From Nageia nagi (taxonomy: Eukaryota > Plantae > Pinophyta): a stretch of 64,000 nucleotides of DNA. The notes beneath the pieces were generated by a model, which was not told where the DNA came from, did no database searches, and saw nothing but the letters and a program-made list of their open reading frames with translations. Made by a program: the position numbers and the translations under genes. The stretch is taken from contig JBITNC010000002.1 in the NCBI GenBank assembly GCA_050084985.1, positions 26,970,001 through 27,034,000 of the forward strand, read 5' to 3'. Positions 37,701 to 50,907 of the stretch are shown here, in pieces (within the stretch, counting starts at the first letter, position 1; each line of letters starts with the position of its first letter).

Positions 37701-39679
37701 ATCGGCTTATTTGATTACCAACATCAAGGTTTTACTCTTTATGTGAAGTGGATTTTAAGAGAATTAGAAGAGGAGGAATCTTAGAAGCTTCTCATTTGAC
37801 ATTACATCTCTTTAAGTATCCCTTTTGGCAAAAAGGTCTGGAAAGGATTAAATTTGCAAACTCTTCTAACTACTCCAATACCCATTAAGATTTTAAGGTC
37901 TTTTATCATCAAGAGTATTTAGAAATCCTAGGAATATCTCAAGCCCTAGCTTACTTGGTATGTATACAAAAAATCAAAAGGAGCCTTAATTTCCTCTCTC
38001 AATATTTGGTGATCTCCTATTCTTACAATCAAGGATCTGTCTCTTATCAAAATTCAATGGATTTGAGCTTTACGATTTCATAATAAAGGAATTGATTTGC
38101 TCCAACATATTTTTAACTTTCAAACCAAGAATTGGTACTCCTAGGATTAGTTTCAAAGGTTTTATGGTCTCAAAGCATATGATAAATCCACTTATGATGT
38201 TTTTGTGAATAAGATGCCCTTTTTAGTTTGGACTAAAATTAGGAAGCATTTCTAAAAATCATGGTGGTATGATTGGTTTTGACCTAAAAATATGAATCAT
38301 GTTAAGTATAAACCTCACCATGGTTATTATTGTATTTCCCCTAATGTTCTAATGTTTGATACTTTTAATCATAGGTGGGATCTTGTATATTCGTATTCTA
38401 GTTGGTATCTGCATTTTTTCATAGTTTGGGCTAATTATATAGACTAAACAAAGTTTCTTTGCATAGATCTTGCTTCATTAGGGTCTTACAATTGGTCATA
38501 GATGTACTTATTTAGGTGTTGCTAACCCTACTTGTTCATTTTATTAAGATCCTAAGGATTTTACCCATGTGTTTCGATCCTATTGTAAAGCTAAGAGGGC
38601 ACAAGATTGTATTCTTTCCTCTTTCAACATTTTTTAGCTTCTTCTTATTCTTAGGTTCATTTTATTTTAGGGGATCCTCTTATTTTTTATAACCCTTGAG
38701 GTGAAGTGTGGCACATTTTTAGAATGAGCATCCTCTACCACTTATGAAAAACTAAAAATAATATATCTTTGATTGGGAAGAGGCTTCGATAACCTTTTCT
38801 CTTACTAATAAGTATGCCATCTTTTATGATTGTTGGTTGCAAATCATAGCATAGGTGGAAAAGGTCAATGTGGAGGTACAACACTTATGAAAATTATTGG
38901 ACCACTAGGGAATATTCCTTACATTGTTAGTTATGTTCCTTTTGAAGAGATTCCTCCTCATTTGGTATAGTCTAGAGGTCTCGAAGTGTCGATTATATAA
39001 TTGAACTCCAAATCCTCCTTGATAGTTATCTCATGGTGATACTCCTGCAAATTATCCTAATCATTGAGCTCATCCTCCATCGAATCCCAAGCATATGTAT
39101 ACTAGATATCCTCATCCCACTCTCAAAGTGGTTGGGATGTTCACCCTGAACCTTCTATTCTTATTTTTAGTTGGGGAGATGTTCCAAATCACACGCCTTA
39201 AGATCATCTAGAAATTGAAATGTGTGCCAATGTTAGTGGGAGCAATGTTAATGATGGTTGGAGTACTATTGTTGATGAGGATGGGAGTTGGTAACATATG
39301 AAATTTATGGATAATTTTTGTCCTGCTCCTTCTAATGATTGATTTAGTTATATTCTCATATTTTTTTTGTAATGGATATTTTTGGAACTTTATTTTTTAG
39401 TATACTTTGTATCTTACTTTCTCCATTGTTAGTTAGTTAGTGTGATGTTGTGGTTTTCCATAGGGTGTGCTAATCCACCCATCATTTTTTGTATGAAAAT
39501 GATTTTATTAATATAAAGTCCTTTTCATCCAAAAAATATATTATAAAATAATAAATATTCATATTTATTATGATTTTTATATAAAAATTATTATTATTAT
39601 TATTATAAAATTTCATTACAACATTAAATCTTAAATAAAATAAATTAGGTTTAGTCTAGATGATAATAAATTTCTATTA

Positions 39680-42340
39680 TATGATGGAGGTGAAGGCTCA
39701 AAAGATACAATGGTAAGTAATCCAACAACTCAAGGATTCATATCTAGAGCGTTATGGCTAATGGGAGGGGATTTAAATGTTAAAATATCAGTGCAAGATC
39801 AGGAAGGAGAAATCATTACGTTCGATTAAATTATAAGGATCAATTATTATTATCTCAAGTACAATTTCTAAACCTATTTGATATACCCCTACCAAAAAGG
39901 AACAACACTTGGAAAAATAAAAGGCAAGGCAATGGCACTATCAAATCTATACTAGATAGATTTTTGGTTGGAGAAAAAATGCCTTCTCTATGGATGTGCC
40001 AATCCTAGATTCTAAATTGGTTAGCTTTTGATAATTTTCCAGTACAACTTCACATAAGAGAAAGACCTCAAATAACAAATTGATCCCTTAGATTTGAGAA
40101 TTTTTTATTTTTAAATATATACTTTCCAGGACTTATAGAGCATTAGTGGTAATAAGGTAAATCCTCACATGCAATAATATAATTCCAATTTCATTTTAGA
40201 TTTAAATTCATTAAGAGTAAATTGAAAATCTGGAGCAAATCTCATAAGTCAAGAATAACTCTCTTCATATAGATGCAAGAAACAACATAAATAATCCAAT
40301 CTTAGCCTCTTTTTGAAGAACTTACCTATTAAAAAAACTTGTTTTCTATAAGAGAAGGAGGAACTTGATAAGAAAAAAAGGGCCTATTGGGGATAAAGAT
40401 CAAGAATTACCTAGTTGTTGGAGGGCAATAAGAATACAAATTTTTTTGATCAATCACTAATAACCTGAAACCACCATAATAGGATTGATTCTAAATCCAC
40501 AAAGAAAGGAAACATAGATACCACTACCTCAAGTATGTAAGAAATGGGTACAGTTAATTATGAAGTGCATTTCTATAGTTTGTTTCTCTATGCTTATTAA
40601 TGACCTACTCTCTCAATTATTTAAAGCCTTTATAGAGATTAGATAAGGAGATCCTTTATCTCCATATATGTTCATCAGTTTTGCATAAGGTTTAGGTATA
40701 CTCATTCAAAAAAGACGAGTAGAGAACATAATTGTTGGGGTCTAGATAAATCAAAATATAAAGTTAACACATCTTCAATTTGTAGATCACATAGGAATGT
40801 GGAAGGAAGCCACAAAAAAAGAAGTAATCAATATTAGAGAAGTGTTGGATAGGTACATAGCAACAACAAGGCAACTTTTTAATAAGAAAAGATCTTCAAA
40901 TTGGTTTTCTTTTATATGAACAAAATATTAAGGGAACAAACAACTTATATTCTCATATTTTCATAATACATTCCTTTGGACTACTTAGGTAATCCTTTCA
41001 TAAAGAAAAATTTCAAAATAAAGGATTGGTTTCCAATTAAAGATAAAATCCATTCAAAACTGCTTCTTTGGACTCACATATGGATAAGCTTTGTAGGAAG
41101 AGTAGCCCTTCTAAAATATGTTCTTCAAGTTATTCTAGTGTATAAATTATATATCCTAACAGCTCCAATCAACATCCTCAAAGACTTGGACAAGAGGGTG
41201 AGATAAGTTGGAAAAAGGTATATCGACCAAGGAAGAAAGAGGACTTGAAATTCAAGTTATAACAACAAATAATCAATCCCTCATTGGAAACTATAATGAA
41301 GATGGATTACTAATCATAAGTAGTTATGGTACTGAGTATTGAAAGTCAAATACCACCCTTTTAGAAATAAAGAAGCGATTTCATGAAATCCTATCACAAG
41401 AGCAAGATTTGAGATTTAGAAAGCAATCATGAGAGGGGAAAAACTTATTAAAAAGGCTTATACTAGAAACTACAGGATGAGAAGAAGGCTCAACTTTGGG
41501 ATGATTATTGGGAACTCTTCCCACCCATAATTACCTAATAGGTACGTCACCCAATCCCTTTGAGTGAATGTTTTAAAATGAAATGATGATATCTCATTAA
41601 ACACTACCTCAAACCACCCAATCAAATGCAAAAGCATACCAAACAATGGATCATCCTAGAGGAAGGATTGAAGATTGAATAGTTTAAGGAGATAAGAGAA
41701 TTAAAAGAAGTTCTAAAGGGAAGAAAATGACCAAGATAGAATGACCCTTATCAACTAGCTTACACGGCATGGAAAACTTGACACTTGATCTCAACTAGCT
41801 TAGGGGCATGGAAAACTTGACACTTATACAATAAAAGAAGGATACAAAAATTAATGAATATCTCACAAAATACATAAAACTTGCCCTGACTGAAGATATG
41901 AAAACTAAAAGAATGGTAAAAAATAAATTACTTTCTATGGTAAGTAGCATACAATAACATAATGACTTTGGAAAATATGAGGAGGTAGGGTATAGTTGGA
42001 CCCAACATTTGTGTAATGTGCTACTGAGAGGAAGAAATAATAACTCATATTATTTTTGAATGCTCCTATGCACATACAATTTGCATTTGGTTGCACAACA
42101 TTTTCAAACAAGAAGAGGGATGCTTCCCTACTAAAAATTTCTTCTGGGACTACTCGAAATCCAACAAGTTCAAATTCAAGATCCTGAAGGTAGCTTGGAA
42201 TTTGGGAATATATTTTATTTGTTGGCAGATTTGGTTAGAAAGAAATAATACCTGATTTTCATGGTTGAGTTTAGACCAAAAGAAAGGACTCGAGAATTTA
42301 TGGTAAGGAAGTTAATAGATACTTTGCATGCAAAAATCTA
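39680..42340 (+). mobile_element. Second degenerate L1-type LINE ORF2 fragment
   Basis: Motifs WLMGGDLN, TWKNKRQG..LDRFLV, EGNKNTNFF, IR*GDPLSP, HLQFVD, YLGNP, SFVGRVALLKYVL, and C-terminal zinc finger ICVMC..EEIITHIIFECSYA. Confidence 0.82.
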
Positions 42341-43026
42341 GGCTCGTGATGGTGAAGGTCGAGTAAGTTAGTGCCTCAATGGTCATGGTCATGACAGTTA
42401 GAGTCGTGCATGGTTACATGCAAGGATTTTTTAATAAATTAGTTTTTATTTTAAATTGCTTTTCAATAAATTAGTAATTTTGTTCATAAATTTTAATCAA
42501 ATACCCTTCAAATTTTGAATTTGATGCTTGAAATTTGATAGATTTCATAACACATATTATCATTATGGATTTTGAAATATTGTGCCAAGTTCTTTATGTC
42601 TCTTTTTGGGAGATGTATCTTTTCTACTTATCCTTTTATATATATATATATAATGGAGAGGGAAAGTGCAGTACGCATTGTTTTTTAGGTTGATGGAAAC
42701 ATGGTACGAGCAAAGATGACATAAATTGATGGCTTGGATTGCAATAGGTTTATGAAAATATATAATCAAACGAGACATATTTTCCAAAAGTTCCATGGTG
42801 ATCCAAAGAATCCACAGGTAGTTTTTATGATACATAATATGATTGAAATATTTATGTATAACAAAAGGATACATGTTTTTATGAAAGTAGAGATAACACT
42901 TCAAATTTATTCGGAGGTGCCAATCAAAGTGTGAAGAGACATGGAATAGAGCATTACTAAGACCAAGGTAGGAATATAGCATAAGTTCTCTGAACCGAGT
43001 TCATCTCTTAATCTGTGGAACCAAAA

Positions 43027-45990
43027 TTAGCTTGGAAAGCGAAGGTAAAGAAGTATGCATTTTTTGGGATGAGGTTCTGCACTCCATACTGTAAATGTGC
43101 TGGATGAGTTCATCCAGTTTTGGATCAAATCTGGATGATGACGATTCAGAACATCTTTCAGACTCTCTGTGCTGTTAACACATGCCAACCCTTCCGTCGT
43201 ATACACTTCCTCCTTGTAATCACTTGTGAAGAAACGATCTGCCTCCAATCTCCTGCATTCGTATTTCAAATGCCCAATCCAAATATTAATAAAAAACAAA
43301 TACCATATATTCTATTCCTCCTTAACCCAAACCACCATAATAATACAGCCCTACCTTGATGCCATCAGCACAAAGATAAAGAATGCTGTTTCACTGATTG
43401 CGTAACCTTCGATTTTCTTCTCTGCCATTAATCCGACGAGCAAATCCAGGCTTTCCACATCATTACCATAAACTTCTTGGAAAAACATGAATGGTTTCTT
43501 TATCATCGCTTAGATCTTTCCACTTTGAATTGGAAGCATCAGCATATTCCTTGGAAATTGGTTGTATCTGGCCACATTCCTCTCCCGATCACGATAAACT
43601 TGAAAAAAAAACACCAACATAATCATAACAAAAATAATAAAATGAGCATAAGTTTACGAACTCCATTTTGTTAACAAAAAGGGGTAAAGTTTTTCTTACT
43701 CTCAAGTGCGGCCAAATCTACGGGATCTGGTCTCTCCTGGCCATCTGCGTCCTGAGGAATGAGGTCTCTCATCCAAGTGGGGTAGTTCCAAAGCGCAAGG
43801 GCACCGCTGGATTGATGCCCCATTGAAACAATCATACCTTCATTTTCAATCTCTGATAAACTCTTTTCTCCTTGGGTTCCTACGACCTTCCTCATCTCCA
43901 ACCTGTGATAGCAGAAATCAGCAGATCAACAATATTATTGTCCACCTAAAAATGTTGCTTAATGTAAAGGGTCTGCTTAGATAATCAATATAAACTCACG
44001 GTTTCAGAAATGAAGGGGTTTTCTTGCTTATGGGGGTTCCATAAATGTTTCTCAAGAGAATGTTTTCTGGCATCAAGCTGTGCATTCTGTACACGCTAAC
44101 GAATTCTTCTGTCAAAGAGTATGGAACGCCATGATTTTCAGGCTTAGGCATTCCAACATTACCGCTGAGTAAAGAGCTCCCAGTGTGCCCAAACTTATCC
44201 TTCAATTTCTTGCCTAGCAGTCATACCTATTCACAATCATATAATTTCTGTCAGCCATATATTCCCATTCATAATTTTTATAAGATAGGCCAACCCATAC
44301 TCATAATTTCATAAATTTATTATGTTAATGACAGAGAGATATTGTACCAGTTAGCACGCATTCCAGCATGAAGAGTGTCAGTTTTAAGAAGCTCGACAGT
44401 CCAGTCAATGGTGTCGATCTTGGCAATTATTGCAGAGGTTGCTAGTCTTGCATAACGATAAAGCTTTCCATCGTCCAAACTAGGGTGATGGTCCTGTATT
44501 CAATTATTATTCAAATATTTCTATTCTATAATTAGGATTGCCAACAAGCTAAGTAACTGGATGAAATTCGATAAATGGATTAAGTACCTTGAGCATGTCG
44601 CAGATGGCATTATGTTCTTTGATGAACAAAGCTTGAAGCACTGCAATCCCCGCCCTTGAGTTTCGTGTATCGCCAGAGATAGGAATTCCATCGTTCTTAT
44701 GAAGAAGAAGACCAAACTCACCTAATTCAACTTGCCATCTTTGAATGTTCTTACTTTTCCTGTCTGTTCTAAATTGTTTCCATACAATACACTCCCATCC
44801 CTGCATATAAATTACCATTACTAGACTTGCACAAACTAGTATTAAATTTTATAATGAAACTCAAGAAATGATTCAATATAGAGACCAAATGGGTCTTAAG
44901 AGAAGTTCAAAATCATCATCATAGACGGCCACACAGTGTGCTTCAGGAAAAACAAAATACTTATTTGAAGACAGTCTTCATACCACCAGGCAGTCCTCCT
45001 ACTTTGGTATTCATTTTTGATATCGTAAAAAACGGTAGGTACTTCTTTTGTTTCATAAAACTTGATGGCTGTTAGCGGACACTGTTGTGCCACTGCTGGT
45101 GGAGCAGTTAATGTTACCTACAAGAAGAACAAGCACTCCATATTACAGAAATTAACTTACATAACAGTAAAATGCCGATTAATATTACGCACCTGTTTCT
45201 TGTCTTCCACATGATCAACCCAGTCATGTATCATGAACTGAATCCAGGCCTCTGCAATCATGTTGAATTGTTTCCTAAGGGGTGTGGCCTCAACAGCTAT
45301 TTAATCACCAAGTCCTCATCAATAACATTTCTAGCAAAGTCTTTCTAAACATCAATAAATATGGTAATTAATATATTTAATCTTATCCAACTTCGTGGCT
45401 AACTATTAAAATCATTTGTAGCATTTCAAAGGACACTAATATACTCATAATCACCTTATCCTTCTGAAGGAAAGAAAGTTTATTAATGTCCACAGGCAAC
45501 TAAGAGCGGTTTATGGGACAATTGTATGAGGAGTACAATTTATGTCATGACCGGTTGGAATTGAACATATTTCGTCCAAAGAAGGTGCCTTCCTCTTCGG
45601 CAACTGGATTAAATGGATCGTTGTAATCACCATTAGATGTTCTGTCAGGATAATCCACTGGATTATACCTCACACCAACGGGTGTAGGTCCGACGTTGAT
45701 GAGATTATAACGCTGGTGCAGCGTTCGCCTGATCGCGAGATAGATGAGTGCAAGGAATACAGGCAGTTATGCCATGCGTAGATTCGATCCACAAAGTGTA
45801 CAATCTGTAATCCAGAATGCACATTTCAGACAGACCATTTTTAACAAAATGTAATCCAAATTTGACAGTATTGTAAATATTTTGTAATCATACTCATTTA
45901 GGCTTTACCAGGAATAGAATTTTGTCTATCGTGGTCATTTTCGAATACCCAGAATAGACTTCTGTCGACCAACTTTGAAAGCAAAGCCAT
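43027..45990 (-). pseudogene. DOX1: Alpha-dioxygenase (fatty acid alpha-DOX) pseudogene, ~10 exons
   Basis: Exons read LPVFLALIYLAIRRTLHQRYNL, FFGRNM, KQFNMIAEAWIQFMIHDWVDH, QALFIKEHNAICD, TIDWTVELLKTDTL, HGVPYSLTEEFVSVYRMHSLMP, YRDRERNVARYNQF and RRLEADRFFT, with GT-AG introns. Disabled by several 1-bp indels, a 98-bp insertion with stops in exon 2, and an internal deletion in exon 3. Confidence 0.93.
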
Positions 45991-47419
45991 GGTTTCACAC
46001 CAACCCACTGCAATTATCTGTGAAGGGTCTTAGGGCATTAGATGATGCTGATTCCTTTGTATTGAGGGCTCGTCTTAAAAAGCATCCCTGATTGACCAGA
46101 TAAGCTTTGTCAGAATTCACATCTGAGAAAGGTTGGATAATAATGTCTTCATGGCTGTTTGGTGATAATTTATAATTATTGTGACCAAATACGGACAACA
46201 TATAAAACATGGGTGAGGTGAACGCTTCATGGACAAGTGATAGGTATTGAACCCATATTTTTTTGAACCAGAAGTAGAGCAGGGTATGAACTCCAATAGC
46301 TACAAGAGGTCAGCAATTAATGAGCTTGTTGAACATTACTGTTATGGTTTCTATTATTCATTACAAGTTTTTGCAGAGTAATAGACAATGTTCATATGTT
46401 ACATATCCATTTCTACTTGTGAGGGGAGAGTTTGAACCTACTCCAACTTCCCTGCACAAAGGTCAGATCAAAAAAAGAAAAAAAGATGTAAAAATGGTAC
46501 TTAAAAAGTAATATAAATATCAATTGCATAGTTTCATAATATTGTTGCTTTATAATGTAAAGTATGTAAGATTAAACTTAAATTAGAATAATTAATTTAA
46601 AATAGACATCAAACTTATAATAAATTGATTTTCTTAAAATAAGTCTAACGATAAAAAATAATTTTGTTCTAATATCTCTTCTTAAGTTAAAATAAAATGT
46701 ACAATTAAAATGAAGGAGATTAACCATGCATATCAAGTTGATGTTAAAGGGAAACAAATTTGATTTTTGATAATAGTTTGATGAAGATATTTACCAAATG
46801 TTGATCTATAAATACATACTCAATTGAGATCTATTATTGAAGAAACTCTCATAACTTATGATACTTAATATCAATATACTTAATCTTAGCATGAAAGATA
46901 AAAATTTTTACAATACGTAAGACAATTTGATAATTTATCACAAAGAAAACTAAGGTACTTACGATTAAATATTAAGATGTTGCAACATAGCATACAAAAT
47001 AACCTTTGTATGTTTTCTACTTGCATGCAGCTATGCAGATCTAGTGGATGAGGGTTTTAGTACCATGAGTGACTCTTATTGCATTATTCCTAGGATGAAT
47101 CCACACCCAAATCTAGCACCATTCACTACATTTGGTAAAAAGTTTATGCCCAGCGCCGCTCATCGTAGCGTCGCCCAGCGTAGTGCAGCCGCAGCCCAGC
47201 CTAGCACAGCTGGAGCCGCGTTCATCCTGCTCGATCGTACGTCGCGTCTCTGCCCTCGTGTTGTGCTTGGTGCCCCTTCCTGTCGTTTCTCCACCCCCTA
47301 ACGTAGCTCCACTCTGCACAGCCCCCCTCCGCGTAGCCCTCCTGACGGGATCCACGACGACTCTGGCCTGGTTACGCGTGCAGCCCCTATTGTGCGACAC
47401 CTCTCTGAGTTTTTCTTCC

Positions 47420-47525
47420 TTGACGCATTTTGTCAAACAAGTCACAGAACATCTCTGCATTTTTCTTCCATGACGCATTTTGTCAAACAAGTCATAGAAC
47501 ATCTCTGCATTTCTCCATTTTGCTG
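47420..47525 (-). repeat. 50-bp tandem duplication of a PPR-like fragment in the LINE leader
   Basis: TGACGCATTTTGTCAAACAAGTCA.AGAACATCTCTGCATTT occurs twice. Minus strand reads AKWRNAEMFYDLFDKMR, resembling PPR YAKC..IE.A..LFDKM. Confidence 0.65.
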
Positions 47526-50463
47526 AACAAAGAAATCCTGAGAGACACAAACAGTAATGGAGGGAACAAATGAAAGCACACAGAGTCCCTCTCATGTTGA
47601 AAAATGACCACAGAATAAAGGACACAATTGGTTATCAAAGAAAGGATTAACAAAGTCCCTAATGCTGTATGGTGCGAACTAGATGCTACCAAATTGGCAA
47701 GACTTGAGAAGGCTAATAAAACTTTGACAGAGCAACTGTTTTCCCTTCTTATAGTTAACAGAGAACAACAGACCTTAATATCCTCTTTGCTAACTCAATT
47801 ATCTGAACAAGATAGCAGGCTAAAAATCCTTGAATCAAGTTCCTCTTTGGTCTCTTCCCTATCGTCTCAAATCACTAAATTACAAGCTGAATTTTCTTCC
47901 AAGATTGTTGCTTCTTCATCCAAATCTATCGAGACTCTCAAAGATGATTTGAATACCCTTAAAAATGAATTGATCAGCCAAAAAGAAACACATGCTAAAT
48001 CTTGGGCAGATGCAACTCGTAGTAATGGAGATAGACCAGCCCCTATCACTGTAACCATAATTAATGAGAAGTTTGAAGAGGAGAGACGAAGGCAATACAA
48101 AAGTCTTAATCTTCACATTAGAGGCCTTACAGCAGAAGTGATCTCGTGGAGTCTACTCACAATCTCATCCACTCCATTATGAAATTACCTGAGGCCTAAG
48201 CTTGGCTTGCAAAGGATTCATCTTTACTCATACAATTACACTCGATTGAGCATAGGCTCTCTATTTTGCAAGCCAAAAAGACTCTCCTCTCATTACCAAA
48301 TTGCATCTTTATAGATGAAGATCTCACATGAATGCAATCTCAAGAATCAGTTGCAACCAGGAAGGAAATTATGAAAGTAAGGAAATTGGGCAAATGGGCA
48401 GTCATTTGAAATTATCAAGCTTGGATTAGAGATTCTCCCTCCACGGGGTGGTCCAAATCATGGGGCCCTTAAGTTACCAAATGACGTGCATCAAGAATCC
48501 CTTTAGAGCTCTCAACCATTACAATAGTAGTTTGGAACTACAACGAGTTGCTTTGGTCCTCCCCTGGTTTAATCCAGGACATCCTACGATAGGCTGATTT
48601 AGTATTTTCTCTAAGACACACAAGAGCTCAGTAAAGGGGCTCCCCCTATTCGTAGTTTTACATGGATATCATCTTTCAAGAATTCAAGTTGATCAGGTTT
48701 TAGCAATCATGGTTCTAGAGGGGTGGCTTTTCTTATCAGAGATCGAATGCTTCACCAGGTCCACATAGAGGGGCATTGACACACATGCTCAGTACATATG
48801 GATTTCCTTAGCAAGGACCCCACTACTTAGGATATTATATATAGTCGGGTGTTATTTCCCACCTATAGCTTTGAGTTATGCTATCCATGATTCAAGGAGT
48901 CCCCCTACCTTGACCTATTCCTAGAGATCATCAGATATTCAATATAGAGAGAGATTATGTTGTTGGATGAATTCAATGGTAGGACAGGGAACCTTCAACG
49001 TAGTATTTTGATAGCATTAATGATCCACTCCACATGTAGGCTTTGGATAGACCTCTTTCCTTTCATAGAGACTCAGCTGATTCATGCCTCCTTCAACCTA
49101 TGGTAGGTTTTTGCTTGAGTAGGTTGTTAGAATATTGTAATGGGAATTTTGTCAAAACAACTGCTACTCCTTGTAAATTCAATATCACTTAAAGTATTAA
49201 TTCGATTCCTTATGTATTATATGATATCCTTTAATATCTTAGAACTTTGACTTACCAAAGGAGTTTATGTTGTAGATTGAAGTTTGGTTAACATTAATTA
49301 ACCCTAACCTTACTTGTTTTTAAGAAGGTTAGGAGTTGCACTCAACCTTAATAGAGGCATCCCTCATGTAAACATATCTAAGTTTGAGTAAAATTCTCTA
49401 CTGGTTTGTAGGAAGAGCTAGAATATTTGTAATCAACCAATGATTTGGTAATTAGATGAAGTGTGAGATTTCTCCCAAGAAAGCACCGAACCCATTTAAG
49501 GTGTCATTTGTGATAAGAATCGTTCTTAAAGAAGTTAGATTGTTATCTTGTGTCAACAAGTTAGTTTTCCTAGTCTACAGTCCTTGAGATTTTGTTAGAT
49601 CTAGTTTCAAATCCTTCATTGTATCAGACCCACGTTGAGGAAGCTCTTTGGTTGATCTACATCTTGGAAAGTGCTTCATCTAATGAACTTGGAGAACTCT
49701 ATTCTTCATGTGATCTTAAAGGGTTGCCAAAGATACACCCTTCCTCCTTCCTTTACAAAGTTCATTTGATACAAACTTTTGTATGATTATGTCTTACTTA
49801 ATGTCCTTAGCAAATCAACATAATAATATTTTGTATTGTTCTACTTTAACAAACTTTTATGGGTTTAGATATTCTATTTTAATGGACAAAGAAAAAGTTA
49901 TTTTGTGTTTTTGACAAAAATATTATTAGTAGATTATTGAAAGATTTTTTTAACAATATTCTTTTGTAGACAATATCAAAAAAAGGGGGAAGTTGCAAAT
50001 TTTTTGATGTTTGAATAAGAGGAGGACATTTTTAAGAGCCAAGATATGTGATTAGACTCATCTATATATATATTATATACGTTTTGGTAACATAATATAA
50101 AAATAATATCTTTTATATTTATAATTGGTTACACCTAATCCAAACACAATTATATATTTTTAGTTTCAATCAAAAATATATTTTTAATCTGTTTACAATA
50201 TCATTAAAAATATATATATATTTTTTTTACATTCGTTTTTAAAATAAAAATCATAAACTATATAGTTTGGATTAATTAATTCAAAACATATAAATTTGTT
50301 TAAAAAATAAATGTTATTGGGGGGCTAGTATAAATTTTTCAAACGTCGGGGGCATCCTCCCGCGCTCCTCCGCCACCTCCCCGCGCGCGCCCGCCTCCAC
50401 CACCGCGCTCCGCCGCTCCTCAGCCCCGCAGAGCCTCCGCCTCCTCCTCGCCTCCTCTCGTAC

Positions 50464-50907
50464 GTGCGAGACTTGTTTGCAAAGATGCAGACACCGGTTC
50501 ATCGACTACCATGTTCCATCCACAGCTCTGCAGATTGTTTGCCAAGATGCAAAGCTTGCAGGATATGTCCAAATCGGATATGTTGAGAAGGCACGAGAAT
50601 TGTTTGTCACGATGCGTGGTCAGAGGGCCTGCACAAACCCTTCGTGATCCCGTCAGCCTCCTCCTCTCCTCTGTAGCGGGAAGGCCACGTGCAGACCACA
50701 CTCCCCCCGCAGTCTCCTCACCGGCGGCCTCCAGACAGAGTTCCCAGCCTGCTCGTGCACGCCGGCTCCCTCTCGCTGCTGCTTGCGCCTGCTCCTCTTG
50801 ATCACAGGATATGCACCGAACGGATACGTTGGACTGCCTTCTCCCTCATACGTTGAGCAGACAACATTTCTTGGCAGCCAATGATCGCAGGATAGGCATA
50901 AAACGGA
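50464..50907 (+). pseudogene. Mosaic of short PPR-gene fragments inside the copia B leader
   Basis: VRDLFAKMQ (50464), RLFAKMQ (50532), AGYVQIGYVEKARELFVTM (50558-50614), LITGYAPNGYV (50798) and DNISWQPMIAG*A*NG (50860-50907), separated by GC-rich sequence. Confidence 0.72.

Larger units (their letters stand above)
33122..39536 (+). mobile_element. L1-type LINE, remainder (ORF1 with decayed zinc knuckle; ORF2 endonuclease and RT), containing two solo LTRs
   Basis: ORF1: KGPYMV..WVEL and RRVYVKVDL. Endonuclease: CNVRG, GDF, TWYN, FDHAPI. RT: KAPNIDGFTYEFY, NWHPITLLNVSYKII, KIDFEHAYDRI, QQGFPLAS, HFDDD. A-rich end near 39531. Confidence 0.88.

Noticed and set aside
47628-48182. 184-aa coiled-coil ORF as a host gene
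   Set aside because: It continues into LINE ORF1 motifs and directly precedes the endonuclease/RT ORF, so it is treated as LINE ORF1.
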